Shown here piece by piece: positions 14,373 through 23,645 of a stretch of 32,000 nucleotides of DNA. The notes below the pieces were generated by a model that saw nothing but the letters and a program-made list of their open reading frames with translations, was not told the origin of the DNA and searched no databases. How positions within the stretch are numbered: the stretch's first letter is position 1; the number at the start of each line of letters is the position of its first letter. A program made the position numbers and the translations under genes. The stretch comes from Methanopyrus kandleri AV19 (GTDB lineage: Archaea > JAADCQ01 > Methanopyri > Methanopyrales > Methanopyraceae): the NCBI RefSeq assembly GCF_000007185.1, contig NC_003551.1:540001-572000 (forward strand). The letters are read 5' to 3'.

Positions 14373-16742
14373 TTGTTCGGCGACAGTCGTTTGGTTCTGG
14401 CGTTGCTCGTGATCCTGGTGGGTGCGACGATAGCCAACGCGGGGAACCTGATGTACCCGCTCTTAAGCAGAGACTCGCGCGCTCACGTGCTCAAGATATG
14501 GTACACATACCACATGCTTGCCGACGGTCGATGGGACCCGTGGTGCCCGATGTGGTACTCGGGATTCCCGTACCTCACGTATTACGGTTCCTTGGGGTAC
14601 CTACTCGGCGCCGCCGTGGACGCGATAGTCAAGGATCCGGTACGGACGTTCGTCGTCTGCCTGATCGTCGCCTCCGCGTTGATCGGAGTGGGAGTCTACG
14701 CGCTCGTGCGGGCTCGAGGGTACGCCCGGAAGGTAGCCGTGATCTGCGCGCTTCTGGGCCTCACCTCCGGAGGGTTCATGAAAGCGCTGAACTGGGAGGG
14801 CGTGTACCCGACGATTCTATCCCTGGGGTTCGGGTTCCTGGCTCTTTCCTGCTACGAGCGGTGGTTGCGGGGTGAGAAGCGTCACCTGGCCTACGCGACG
14901 TTACTCCTGGTGCCCGCCTGCTACTCCCATCCGCTCGGCGGTCTACTTTCCGGAGGGTTGATTCTGACCCGTGGGATCGCCGAAGCCGTGCTTCGGGAGA
15001 AGCTTCGGACCCCCAGGTTCCTGTTGCAATCCACGGCACCCGTTGCCATCGGGATCGCGATCGCGTTCTCGCACTACGCGGCGGCGATCTACTACAAGAG
15101 GTTCCTATCGGAGCTGTGGTTATATCCACCAGGTTCCGTGGCGGGAGTTCTGAAAGACCTGACCGTGGGGGGTAAGTGGTCTACCGGACTGCTCGTAACG
15201 GTGACCGGCATCGTGGGCGTCGCTTACGAGATTCGACGTCGTACCGGGTTCGGTTTGTTCGTGTTGTTCTGGGGTATGGTCTCGATCGTGGTGACCTTCG
15301 CCTTCGTTCTCGGGTACTGGAAGTACCTCCCTCTCGGCAAGAACATGCTCGCGGAGCGTTACACGACTGTCCTCATGCCGATGCTGCTCGCAGTGACGGC
15401 GGCCCCCGTCGTTCGTCAGCTGCTCCGGTCGGTAAAAGCGGCTTGGGCGGCACCCCTCGGAGTGGCAGGGTTGCTTCTCTCCGGTAGCGTCGGAGCCCTG
15501 ACGTACGTTCCTCCCGAGCCCCCACACGTCACGTCATCGGCCATGAAGTTATGGAAGTGGATGGGGGACAGCTGGCCGGACGACTCGTATACTGCCCGTT
15601 GTGATGCCGACCCTTACACGCATCTTTTCGACGCGAGCGTTCCGATTTCACCGATATACTCCGGGCACCCGACGATCATGGGGTGGTTCTCCCAAGGAGA
15701 CCCGATGTTCTTCTCCCTGGCCGCCCGCTGGGAGTGGGAGCTCGGTTGGGTGTACGATCCCAACACCCTCAAAACCTCGCTCTGGGCGACCAACACCCGA
15801 TACCTGCTGACGAAATCCTCGCTGCTGTCGAAGAAGTTGTCCCAGGAGCCGGGTTTCGTGTTACGGAAGAAGGCCGGTGACTACCGTGTGTTCGAGTTCT
15901 TAGGCCATGGTGGCTCCGCGTGCGTCGTCCCACATCCTATCGCGGTAGTGGATCGTCGCTTGGGCCTCAGGACCGAGAACGCGTACTACACCACGCTCCT
16001 CAACTTCGTCGCGACTCCCGGCAACCGGTACGTGTTCGTCGACGCCACGTTCTGCGACGCGAGGAAGTTCGACAGAGTGATCGTGAGACCTCTGACGCCG
16101 GGTGACGTGGACCGGGCGGTGAAGCTGGCTCGGGAGGGTCGTAAGGTACTGCTCATCCTACCGGTCTCCGACACACGAGTTGCCCGTGCCGTTGAACGTC
16201 TCGGTGTCAGGGTGAGTCCGGCCAGTCCGCCTTCCTTCGTTCCCCTCCGGAAGTACCTACCGTCCGCGTACCGAGTGGACGGCAGATGGTGGAAGGACGT
16301 GCGCGTCGGTCACGGGCTCGTCCGTGTGTGCGGTGTGGACGTGGTATACTTCACCATGCGGTTCCACAGGCTCATCAAGGAGGTGCAAACCGAAGGATAC
16401 CGCATGCCCAGGCTACCGACGGATGAGGAGCGGAAGTTCGTCAACGGGGTCTTGCGAGGGTTCGATTCCGGGAAACCCACTCAAGTTCACCTGGAGTACC
16501 GCGGCGACCCTGCTGTGATGCGGGTATGTGGTAACGGGTGGGTGTACCTGAAGGTCAAGTACTTCCCCGCGTGGCGGTCCTCCGACGGTCCCGTCTACCC
16601 TGCTTCATGTGGACAGATGCTGGTGCGAGCCCACGGAGACACCGTACTGAGGTACGAGTTACCACAGTCCCTGTCCTACGGCTCTTACGCCGCGGCCGTA
16701 CTGGGTACCCTGGCGCTCGGGGCGATGCTACTATGGATGTAA
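14373..16742 (+). CDS. large polytopic membrane protein, possibly a GT-C-type glycosyltransferase
   Basis: The N-terminal half (~400 aa) is rich in hydrophobic, likely TM segments, followed by a ~350 aa soluble domain and a final TM. The first-loop region RDSRAHV...WDPWCPMWYSGFPYLTYYG is reminiscent of GT-C enzymes. The function is inferred only. Confidence 0.6.
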   Translation: MFGDSRLVLALLVILVGATIANAGNLMYPLLSRDSRAHVLKIWYTYHMLADGRWDPWCPMWYSGFPYLTYYGSLGYLLGAAVDAIVKDPVRTFVVCLIVASALIGVGVYALVRARGYARKVAVICALLGLTSGGFMKALNWEGVYPTILSLGFGFLALSCYERWLRGEKRHLAYATLLLVPACYSHPLGGLLSGGLILTRGIAEAVLREKLRTPRFLLQSTAPVAIGIAIAFSHYAAAIYYKRFLSELWLYPPGSVAGVLKDLTVGGKWSTGLLVTVTGIVGVAYEIRRRTGFGLFVLFWGMVSIVVTFAFVLGYWKYLPLGKNMLAERYTTVLMPMLLAVTAAPVVRQLLRSVKAAWAAPLGVAGLLLSGSVGALTYVPPEPPHVTSSAMKLWKWMGDSWPDDSYTARCDADPYTHLFDASVPISPIYSGHPTIMGWFSQGDPMFFSLAARWEWELGWVYDPNTLKTSLWATNTRYLLTKSSLLSKKLSQEPGFVLRKKAGDYRVFEFLGHGGSACVVPHPIAVVDRRLGLRTENAYYTTLLNFVATPGNRYVFVDATFCDARKFDRVIVRPLTPGDVDRAVKLAREGRKVLLILPVSDTRVARAVERLGVRVSPASPPSFVPLRKYLPSAYRVDGRWWKDVRVGHGLVRVCGVDVVYFTMRFHRLIKEVQTEGYRMPRLPTDEERKFVNGVLRGFDSGKPTQVHLEYRGDPAVMRVCGNGWVYLKVKYFPAWRSSDGPVYPASCGQMLVRAHGDTVLRYELPQSLSYGSYAAAVLGTLALGAMLLWM

Positions 16743-17212
16743 TCAGAGCCATACTGGTCACACTGGCGCTGCTGTACGGGGTTGGATGGACGTCGACCGT
16801 GGTGAACTGGACGATCCCGCACGAGATGGTCCGGATGAGTGCGGGGATCTACCAGTCGACGGGGGCCACCACACAGCTGACGTTGAACCCGTACCGGGGA
16901 AGGGCGACCCTGGCGGTGGCCTACGACCCCGCCGTTCTGGTGAAGTTAGGCGACCGTGGGAAACCGGTGCGCCTATCACCGAGCTCGCTGCGTGTCGGTA
17001 GGGTCAAGGTGAAGTCGTACGGCGACGCGGTCGTGATCCACGGTCCGTGTTCCGTCCGTCCCTACATATCCGCACACGGTGTCCGGTACTCCTTCGACAT
17101 CATCGATACACCCGGGTTCTCGGTCTACTTCAACAGATCCGGTTACTTGGTGCTCGTCAGCCACGGTAAGACGACGAAGATACGCGTCCTTCCGCTGATA
17201 CCACTGATCTGA
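16733..17212 (+). CDS. small membrane-anchored protein coupled to the upstream membrane protein
   Basis: ATG 16733 overlaps the upstream stop by 10 nt (ATGGATGTAA). It has an N-terminal TM (AILVTLALLYGVGW). The track start 16538 is shadow over the upstream gene. Confidence 0.55.
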   Translation: MDVIRAILVTLALLYGVGWTSTVVNWTIPHEMVRMSAGIYQSTGATTQLTLNPYRGRATLAVAYDPAVLVKLGDRGKPVRLSPSSLRVGRVKVKSYGDAVVIHGPCSVRPYISAHGVRYSFDIIDTPGFSVYFNRSGYLVLVSHGKTTKIRVLPLIPLI

Positions 17213-17224
17213 GGGGTCTCAATC

Positions 17225-18235
17225 GTGCCTGAGCTCCCCTACGTCGCCGTCCCCAAACATATGGCGGAACGCGCTAGGAGGGTACTGTCTCGAGAGGATC
17301 TTCTCGCCAAGGACGTCAAAGCGCGACGAGAAGAGGACATGGTGCTTTTTCCCGTACGCGATGCCGGACGTGCGGGCAGTGTGCTCGAAGAACTCGGGAT
17401 ACCCTACGAAGCGGGTGAAGCCGAGTTCGAACGGACAGTCGAACACCGGAGCGTAGAGGAGGTCCTCGAAGACAGCTTCGGATGGTCCGTGCCCGTACCT
17501 TACGACGTGATCGGCGACGTGGCCGTGGTTCAAATACCCGACGAGCTGCGTGGGCACGAACGCGAAGTCGGCCGGGCGATCATGAAAGTTCACCGACGGG
17601 TGAGGGCGGTCTTCGAGCGCGGTCCCGTCCGGGGAGTCTTCCGCGTTCGGGACCTCCGCCGCATAGCCGGGAAGGGCCCCGCGGTGACCGAACATCGAGA
17701 GCACAGGTGCAGGTTCCGGGTCGATCTGGCGCGGTGTTACTTCAACCCTAGGCTGGCCACCGAGCGCCGGTTGCTCGCCGAGGACGTCGTGGAGGAAGGA
17801 TCCACGGTACTCGACCTTTTCGCCGGCGTGGGTCCCATCACGGTGATCCTGAAGCGGTTCGTCCCGAGCGTAGAGGTGACCGCCTGCGAACTGAACCCAG
17901 TCGCGTACAGGTACCTCCTGGAGAACCTCCGGCTGAACAGGGTCGAGGCGAGGGCCTTCCTGGGCGATGCACGCGAGGTGTCGCGGCTGGTGGGGCGGTT
18001 CGACTACGTGATCATGAACGTACCCAAGATGGCGCACCGGTTCGTCGAAACCGCGGTACGGTGTGTACGGCCCGAGGGTAGGCTGATCTACTACCGGATA
18101 GCTCCGAACGCCGAGGAAGCGTTCGAGGAGCTCCGTAGGAAGGCCGATAGACCGGTGGAACTCGAGTCTCACCGGGAGGTGAAGCCGTACTCCCCGGAGG
18201 AGTCGCTTTACCGGCTCGTGGTCCGCGTTCACTGA
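17225..18235 (+). CDS. trm5: tRNA (guanine37-N1)-methyltransferase Trm5/Taw22 family
   Basis: Contains YDVIGDVAVVQIPDEL, CYFNPRLATER, VLDLFAGVGPITV, ACELNP and VIMNVP. This is the Met-10+/Trm5 pattern. Confidence 0.8.
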   Translation: MPELPYVAVPKHMAERARRVLSREDLLAKDVKARREEDMVLFPVRDAGRAGSVLEELGIPYEAGEAEFERTVEHRSVEEVLEDSFGWSVPVPYDVIGDVAVVQIPDELRGHEREVGRAIMKVHRRVRAVFERGPVRGVFRVRDLRRIAGKGPAVTEHREHRCRFRVDLARCYFNPRLATERRLLAEDVVEEGSTVLDLFAGVGPITVILKRFVPSVEVTACELNPVAYRYLLENLRLNRVEARAFLGDAREVSRLVGRFDYVIMNVPKMAHRFVETAVRCVRPEGRLIYYRIAPNAEEAFEELRRKADRPVELESHREVKPYSPEESLYRLVVRVH

Positions 18236-18702
18236 TTCAGACGCTTTCTCAGCTCGTGGAGTAGGATCGCTACGGCGCCTACCTCACCCACGTTACGCTC
18301 CGTACCCACGTACACGGCCTCGTCACCGAGCTCGAGCTCCTGTTTCGTCAATCCCGGTCTGGCGCTGCCGAAGACGAAGCAGACCTCCCTCTCCTGCTCG
18401 ATCTCTTCGACCACGGCGTCGAAGTCCAGCGGCTTCGCCCCACCGTGCTCGGCATCCTCGGCCATGTACGTCACGTCCGGGGAGAGCGCCTTCAGGGCCT
18501 CCTCCAGGTCCTGAAAGAACAGGAGCTCGACTCCGGCCTCCAGGCAGATCCTCTGCGCCTTGGGCACCCCTTCCTGGGCCGCGCTACCGAGTGCTCTGCT
18601 GATGACGAACCGCTTCGCCCCGAAACCGGCCACGGTCCTGGCCATCTCCTCCACCTTCCTGGGGCTGTGCACGTTGTGGTACACAACGGTCACGGGAATC
18701 AC
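18229..18702 (-). CDS. conserved archaeal hypothetical protein
   Basis: Clean 157-aa ORF convergent with trm5 (7-nt overlap). VVYHNVHSPRKVEEMARTVAGFGAKRFVISRALGSAAQEGVP looks like a conserved archaeal family that I cannot name with confidence. Confidence 0.5.
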   Translation of the reverse strand: MIPVTVVYHNVHSPRKVEEMARTVAGFGAKRFVISRALGSAAQEGVPKAQRICLEAGVELLFFQDLEEALKALSPDVTYMAEDAEHGGAKPLDFDAVVEEIEQEREVCFVFGSARPGLTKQELELGDEAVYVGTERNVGEVGAVAILLHELRKRLNQ

Positions 18703-18752
18703 ATGGAAACCCCCAAATAATAATACTCAAACGGGTCGTCGGGGGCGGTCCC

Positions 18753-19712
18753 GTGAAGAAGGTGGTAGCCCTGGGCATAGTCATCGTGGCGGTCCTCGGC
18801 GGTGCGCTCGGATATTACTATTACACGACGACGTCCAACGTGGTCCGGATCGGTTACCAACCCAGCGACCACTCCGCGGCCCTCTTCGTGGCCATGGCCA
18901 AGAAGATGTTCGAGAAGGAAGGGATCAAGGTGGAGACGTACGAGTTCAAGGCCGGACCGCCGGAGACGCAGGCGCTGGCGGCGGGTAAGATCGACGTCGC
19001 CTACATCGGGTGCGTCCCGGCGATCACGGCGTACTCCAAGGGTGTGCCGATCAAGATCGTCGCGGGAGTGAACCAGGAGGGTTCCGCGATCGTGGTGCGT
19101 AAGGACGAGGCCGGCAAGATCAAGGACATCAAGGACCTGAAGGGCAAGCGGGTCGCGGAGCTCATGAAGGGATCCATCCAGGATTGTATGCTGAGAACCG
19201 CGCTGAAGCGGGCGGGCCTGGACCCCGATAAGGACGTGGACATCGTCGAGATGAAGACGGCCGACGCCGTGAACGCGCTCGGGGCGAAGCAGATCGACGC
19301 GTTCATCGAGCCCGAGCCGGGTCCGACGATGGCCGTCAAGAAAGGGTTCGGCGTCCGGCTAATGGACACCGGTAAGATCTGGTCCCACCACCAGTGCTGC
19401 GTGCTCGTGATGCGGAAGGACTTCATCGAGCGCCACCCGAACCTCGCCAAGAAGGTGCTCAAGGTCCACGTGATGGCCACGAAGTACGTGCAGGAGCACC
19501 CCGACGAGGCCGCCAAGATCACGGCGAAGCAGCTAAAAGTACCCGAGGAGGTAGAGAAGGAGGCGATGCGACACGTTCGCTACTCCGTGGATCTGGACGT
19601 GGACAGCATCAAGATGTTCGCCAGGTTCCTCAAACAGCTCGGTTACATCAAGGAACTGCCGGACTGGTCCGACTTCATCGACCTGAAACTGCTCAAGGAG
19701 GTGGCCGGTTAG
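18753..19712 (+). CDS. ABC transporter substrate-binding protein, NMT1/SsuA/TauA-like
   Basis: N-terminal membrane anchor, then VRIGYQPSDHSAALFVA, AAGKIDVAYIG and IVAGVNQEGSAIVV. Confidence 0.8.
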   Translation: MKKVVALGIVIVAVLGGALGYYYYTTTSNVVRIGYQPSDHSAALFVAMAKKMFEKEGIKVETYEFKAGPPETQALAAGKIDVAYIGCVPAITAYSKGVPIKIVAGVNQEGSAIVVRKDEAGKIKDIKDLKGKRVAELMKGSIQDCMLRTALKRAGLDPDKDVDIVEMKTADAVNALGAKQIDAFIEPEPGPTMAVKKGFGVRLMDTGKIWSHHQCCVLVMRKDFIERHPNLAKKVLKVHVMATKYVQEHPDEAAKITAKQLKVPEEVEKEAMRHVRYSVDLDVDSIKMFARFLKQLGYIKELPDWSDFIDLKLLKEVAG

Positions 19713-20467
19713 TGATACGGAACGGCGACGAGCGACTCGAGACCCTGCTGAAGGTATCGGCGCCGGTCGCCGTGCTCGCGATCTGGCAGGCCGTGAGCGG
19801 ACTCGGCCTGATCAACCCGGTCCTCCTTCCCCCTCCCTCCCAGGTCTTCTCGGTGTTCGTCGAGATGCCCGGGGAGATACTGAAACACGCGCTGACCAGC
19901 CTCTACCGGGTGGCGGTCGGGTACTCGATCGCGGCGGTCGCGGGAGTCTCGCTGGGCGTCCTGATGGGAACGTACCGTACGGCCCACGCCGCGATGGACC
20001 TCCTGATCGAGATCATCCGTCCGATACCGCCGATAGCGTGGATACCGCTGGCCATCGTGTGGTTCGGGATCGGCGACCCGTCCGCGTTCTTCATCATCTT
20101 CGTGGGCTCGTTCTTCCCGATACTGATCAACACGATCTCCGGTATCAGGAGTGTCGACCGAATCTACGTCGAGGCGGCCCTCAACCTGGGCGCCGACGAC
20201 ACCGCGTTGATCCGGCACGTACTGGTGCCCGGGGCACTGCCCAACATCTTCACCGGTCTGCGGGTGGGACTGGGAGTCGGCTGGATGTGCGTCGTGGCGG
20301 CCGAGATGATCGCGGCGAAGTCCGGACTCGGATACATGATCATCGAGGCGCAGCGTATCCTGGCGACCGACCAGGTCATCGCGGGCATGATCACGATCGG
20401 GCTCCTGGGCCTCGTGATGGACCGTGGGTTCAGATACCTCGAGAGGAGGGCGCTCGTATGGCGGTGA
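19712..20467 (+). CDS. ABC transporter permease (SsuC/TauC-like)
   Basis: GTG 19712 overlaps the upstream TAG. Multiple TM segments and the EAA-type loop EAALNLGADDTALIRHVLVPGALP. The track start 19394 is shadow over the binding-protein gene. Confidence 0.8.
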   Translation: MIRNGDERLETLLKVSAPVAVLAIWQAVSGLGLINPVLLPPPSQVFSVFVEMPGEILKHALTSLYRVAVGYSIAAVAGVSLGVLMGTYRTAHAAMDLLIEIIRPIPPIAWIPLAIVWFGIGDPSAFFIIFVGSFFPILINTISGIRSVDRIYVEAALNLGADDTALIRHVLVPGALPNIFTGLRVGLGVGWMCVVAAEMIAAKSGLGYMIIEAQRILATDQVIAGMITIGLLGLVMDRGFRYLERRALVWR

Positions 20468-21198
20468 TCCTGAAGGTGGAGGACCTGCACAAGAGCTACG
20501 ACGACCTGAAGGTGCTGGACGGCATCACGTTCGAGGTCTCGGAAGGTGAGTTCTTCGCGATCGTAGGCCCCAGCGGGTGCGGTAAGACGACGCTCCTCAA
20601 GATAATCGCCGGACTGGAGGACTACGACGCGGGCAGGGTCCTGGTGGACGGCGAGGAGGTTCGGGAGCCCGGACCCGACCGCGCCCTGGTCTTCCAAGAG
20701 TATGCTATCTTCCCGTGGAAGACCGTGCTGGAGAACGTCATGTTCGCCCCGCTGATGCAGGGCAAGGACCCGGAGGAGGCCGAGCGCATCGCCCGGGAGT
20801 GCCTCAAGGTCGTCCCGGGACTCGAGGGGTTCGAGGACGCCTACCCCAAGCAACTCTCCGGCGGTATGAAGCAGCGCGTCGCCATCGCCAGGGCGCTGGC
20901 GGCCGAGCCCAGGATCCTGCTCATGGACGAGCCGTTCGCCGCCGTGGACGCCCAGACGCGCAACAAGATGCAGGAGGAGCTCCTGAAAATATGGGAGAGA
21001 ACGGGGCAGACCATCCTCCTGGTGACGCATAACGTCGAGGAGGCGGTGTTCCTGGCCGACCGCGTGATGGTACTCTCACCCAGGCCCGCCGAGATAGTCG
21101 ATATAGTCGAGATCGACCTACCACGACCAAGGGACAGGACCGACCCCGAGTTCGTCGAGCTGCGGGCCCGAATACTCGACATGATCGGAAGCCGATGA
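20458..21198 (+). CDS. ABC transporter ATP-binding protein (SsuB/TauB-like)
   Basis: Walker A is GPSGCGKTT, signature is LSGGMKQRVAIARAL, and Walker B is LLMDEPF. ATG 20458 overlaps the permease stop. Confidence 0.9.
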   Translation: MAVILKVEDLHKSYDDLKVLDGITFEVSEGEFFAIVGPSGCGKTTLLKIIAGLEDYDAGRVLVDGEEVREPGPDRALVFQEYAIFPWKTVLENVMFAPLMQGKDPEEAERIARECLKVVPGLEGFEDAYPKQLSGGMKQRVAIARALAAEPRILLMDEPFAAVDAQTRNKMQEELLKIWERTGQTILLVTHNVEEAVFLADRVMVLSPRPAEIVDIVEIDLPRPRDRTDPEFVELRARILDMIGSR

Positions 21199-21220
21199 TG
21201 ACAAGAGGGTTAGCCGAACC

Positions 21221-22033
21221 GTGACGAGCGTTTGCCGGTCCGAGGCCCTCAGGTTCTGGAAACGACTGGGCTGTACCTCGCTCACGTTCAACGCCCCGAT
21301 GTCGGGCCACACGGGACCCGAGCTGGCGCCCGAGCTGGAGCGCCACGGCGTAGGGATGGTGATACTCGGCGGTTACCCCGGCGACGACGCCACTTACCGG
21401 GCCTCGAAGCTGGTGGCACGCCGACGGGACGAGTTCGCGGTGCCGCCCGACCGCTTACCGGAGGAGCTGTCACGCGTCGACGTGGAGATACCGGTGGCCG
21501 TGAACGTGAGGTTCGCGGACCCCCGTGAGGCCGGGGAACTCTCCGGTGAACTGGCGGACCTCGTGGACGTCGTCGAGATCAACGCCCACTGTCGACAACC
21601 CGAGATCGTCCGAGCCGGCGCGGGCGAGGCGCTGCTCGAGGACCGGACACGGCTGATCGAGATCGTCGAAGCCGTGGCGGAGCACGACGTGTACGTCTCC
21701 GTGAAGCTCCGCGGACCGCACCCCGCGTTCGAAGACGCGCTGGAAGCCCTGCGGGACTCGTCGGTGGACGTCCTACACGTGGACGCCATGAAACCTGGCG
21801 AACCGACGTACGAGCTGGAGTACGTCCGGGCGGCGGCTCGGGTCGGGGTTCCGGTTATCGGGAACAACTCGGTCCGCACGCCCGAGGACGTCGACCGCAT
21901 GTTCGAGGCCGGTGCATCCGCGGTGTCCGTGGGTCGACCGATCCTCGAGGGAGACTGGGACGTCCTCGAACGGCTCGTCCGGTACACCGTACTGAGGAAA
22001 AGTAGCGAAGGGGCAGGACTTGCCCGCACGTGA
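21221..22033 (+). CDS. TIM-barrel flavoprotein-like enzyme, dihydrouridine synthase (NifR3/Dus)-like
   Basis: VVEINAHCRQPE, VSVKLRG, VLHVDAM, PVIGNNSVRTPEDV and AVSVGRP match the Dus-like barrel pattern. The start is uncertain (ATG 21299 is possible). Confidence 0.55.
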   Translation: MTSVCRSEALRFWKRLGCTSLTFNAPMSGHTGPELAPELERHGVGMVILGGYPGDDATYRASKLVARRRDEFAVPPDRLPEELSRVDVEIPVAVNVRFADPREAGELSGELADLVDVVEINAHCRQPEIVRAGAGEALLEDRTRLIEIVEAVAEHDVYVSVKLRGPHPAFEDALEALRDSSVDVLHVDAMKPGEPTYELEYVRAAARVGVPVIGNNSVRTPEDVDRMFEAGASAVSVGRPILEGDWDVLERLVRYTVLRKSSEGAGLART

Positions 22034-22039
22034 GGACCG

Positions 22040-22300
22040 GCCGTTGGCCCCGGCTCATAAGAGCCACCGATTCAGGGCACTGTCCGACCGGTCTCAGGGT
22101 GGCGGTGCACCCGATTACCCCCTACCTCTCCCGAGCTCCCCATGGGAGCTGCGGTTCATCGGTTCGGGGTTATGGGTGGCTTGTGATTCGAGGGCAAGAC
22201 AGTGGTACAGTTCGAACCCGTTAAGTACTCCAGCTCCGGTTCGGGAGGGTCATCGGTGGCCCTCGTTAGCAGGTTATAGGCCCTCACGATGTCAGCATTC
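22040..22300 (-). ncRNA. candidate omega-RNA (TnpB guide RNA scaffold) overlapping the tnpB 3' end
   Basis: GC content jumps at the tnpB 3' end. Stacked GC-rich stems are AGCTCCC/GGGAGCT, GCCACC/GGTGGC, CGAACC/GGTTCG, GAGGG/CCCTC and GGCTC/GAGCC. The position matches where omega-RNAs map. Boundaries are guessed. Confidence 0.3.
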
Positions 22301-23580
22301 ATAGTTTTTCCACACTTTGAGCAGATCACTAGCCCTCCGTTCCGTTTGCATTTACTTCTGCACATCGGACATGTTACCGAAGTGTACGCAGGACTAGCCT
22401 CAATGACCTCTATACCGTACTCTTCACATTTCCGTTTGATCTCCCTTATAATTCGCTTGTAGGCCCAGTATGCTAGCTCCCCATGCAGCTTTTGGCGTAA
22501 GCCTTTAAGATCCTCAATAACTAATAGCGTTACCTCACGACTGAGCAAGATCTGAACTAGTTTGCTCACCAAATGCCGGATCGCGTCCATGATCGCCCGG
22601 TGAGCTTTAACGTAATACTGTTTCAGACGGTGAGAGAAATTAGCCCCATTTTTGTTGAGTCGCCGCTGTTCTTTCGGGGCCTTGATTTTTCTCCAGTATG
22701 ACCACCGAGACCATGCGTCACCCCATCGTACCAGAACCGGTTTCTTCCCATCTGAGAAATAAACAGCGGCGAATATGCGGCGGCCGATGTCAACAGCTGC
22801 GGCGTTCTCACAGTTATTTCCAGTCCGAGGTATAGGTCGAACCCGACCATTTGGAGTTAGCCGAGAGACGAGCCAGCTTTCGCCCTTATTCACCTTCATA
22901 TTCAAAGTAAGGTAATGAGCGTTATCTGCCCAACTATAGACGATCTCGCTACGCCCGAAGAACTCCTTGCCGTCGTCTCCGTTTAGGATAATCTTATCCG
23001 CTCTTTTGGGTTCTTTCACTCGGTTCGGGTGCCAGGGAAACCATCCCACGAACTCGAGCCTGACACCACGGCCGCGACCACGCTTAAATCCGACGTTGGG
23101 GAGGTTGTCGACGACATCGCCAAGTCCTAAGATTTCAATAACGCCACGATGTTCCAATGGATCGTACTCGAACCGTCGGATCTGGGAAGCTAGGAATACG
23201 AATCGCGGTTCCCTACCGAGCGGACCTTTCCAGTATCGTGGAGGTTGACAGATCGTTCTACGTTTGTTCGACTTTACCTCTTTGATTTGTTTGAAATAAG
23301 ATCGCCAAGCTTCAGTGTTCTTTTCCCCAATTGCGACTACTGTTTGAGTACCTAAAATTGGCCCATATTCTCTATAAATTCTCCTGAATGTAAGTTCTGA
23401 CCTAGAAACGGCGACAGCATCCAACTTGCCTTTGAAGAAAAATCGACGGCGAAGGTAGTTTAACTCGTTATACACGGCGGTACATCTGTCACTGAGGAAA
23501 ATCAGGTCTCTGCGGTACCCCTCAGGGCCGACAATTTTGAGGGTGATCGAGCGGTATCTATAGTCGGACCTAAGTGGCAC
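22156..23580 (-). CDS. tnpB: TnpB (IS605 OrfB-type RNA-guided RuvC endonuclease)
   Basis: RuvC-I is AAVDIGRRIFAAV, RuvC-II is LLVIEDLKGL, the zinc ribbon is CPMCRSKC...CSKCG, and RuvC-III is NADIVRAYN. The start is either GTG 23580 or, per the ORF track, 23634. Confidence 0.85.
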   Translation of the reverse strand: MPLRSDYRYRSITLKIVGPEGYRRDLIFLSDRCTAVYNELNYLRRRFFFKGKLDAVAVSRSELTFRRIYREYGPILGTQTVVAIGEKNTEAWRSYFKQIKEVKSNKRRTICQPPRYWKGPLGREPRFVFLASQIRRFEYDPLEHRGVIEILGLGDVVDNLPNVGFKRGRGRGVRLEFVGWFPWHPNRVKEPKRADKIILNGDDGKEFFGRSEIVYSWADNAHYLTLNMKVNKGESWLVSRLTPNGRVRPIPRTGNNCENAAAVDIGRRIFAAVYFSDGKKPVLVRWGDAWSRWSYWRKIKAPKEQRRLNKNGANFSHRLKQYYVKAHRAIMDAIRHLVSKLVQILLSREVTLLVIEDLKGLRQKLHGELAYWAYKRIIREIKRKCEEYGIEVIEASPAYTSVTCPMCRSKCKRNGGLVICSKCGKTMNADIVRAYNLLTRATDDPPEPELEYLTGSNCTTVLPSNHKPPITPNR

Positions 23581-23636
23581 GGATAGTACCCCTTGACGTG
23601 AGCAGGTTCTTGGTCGCAGCGTCTGAACCAACAATC

Positions 23637-23645
23637 AATATAAAT
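23637..23645 (+). promoter_or_regulatory. TATA box for tRNA-Leu
   Basis: aatataaat is centred about 30 nt upstream of tRNA position 1. Confidence 0.55.

Larger units (their letters stand above)
22040..23640 (-). mobile_element. IS200/IS605-type (IS1341-like) solo tnpB element or remnant; ends not defined
   Basis: The body is markedly AT-richer than its flanks. It holds a single tnpB ORF and no tnpA. It is bounded by the stop of the TIM-barrel gene and the tRNA-Leu TATA box. Confidence 0.45.
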
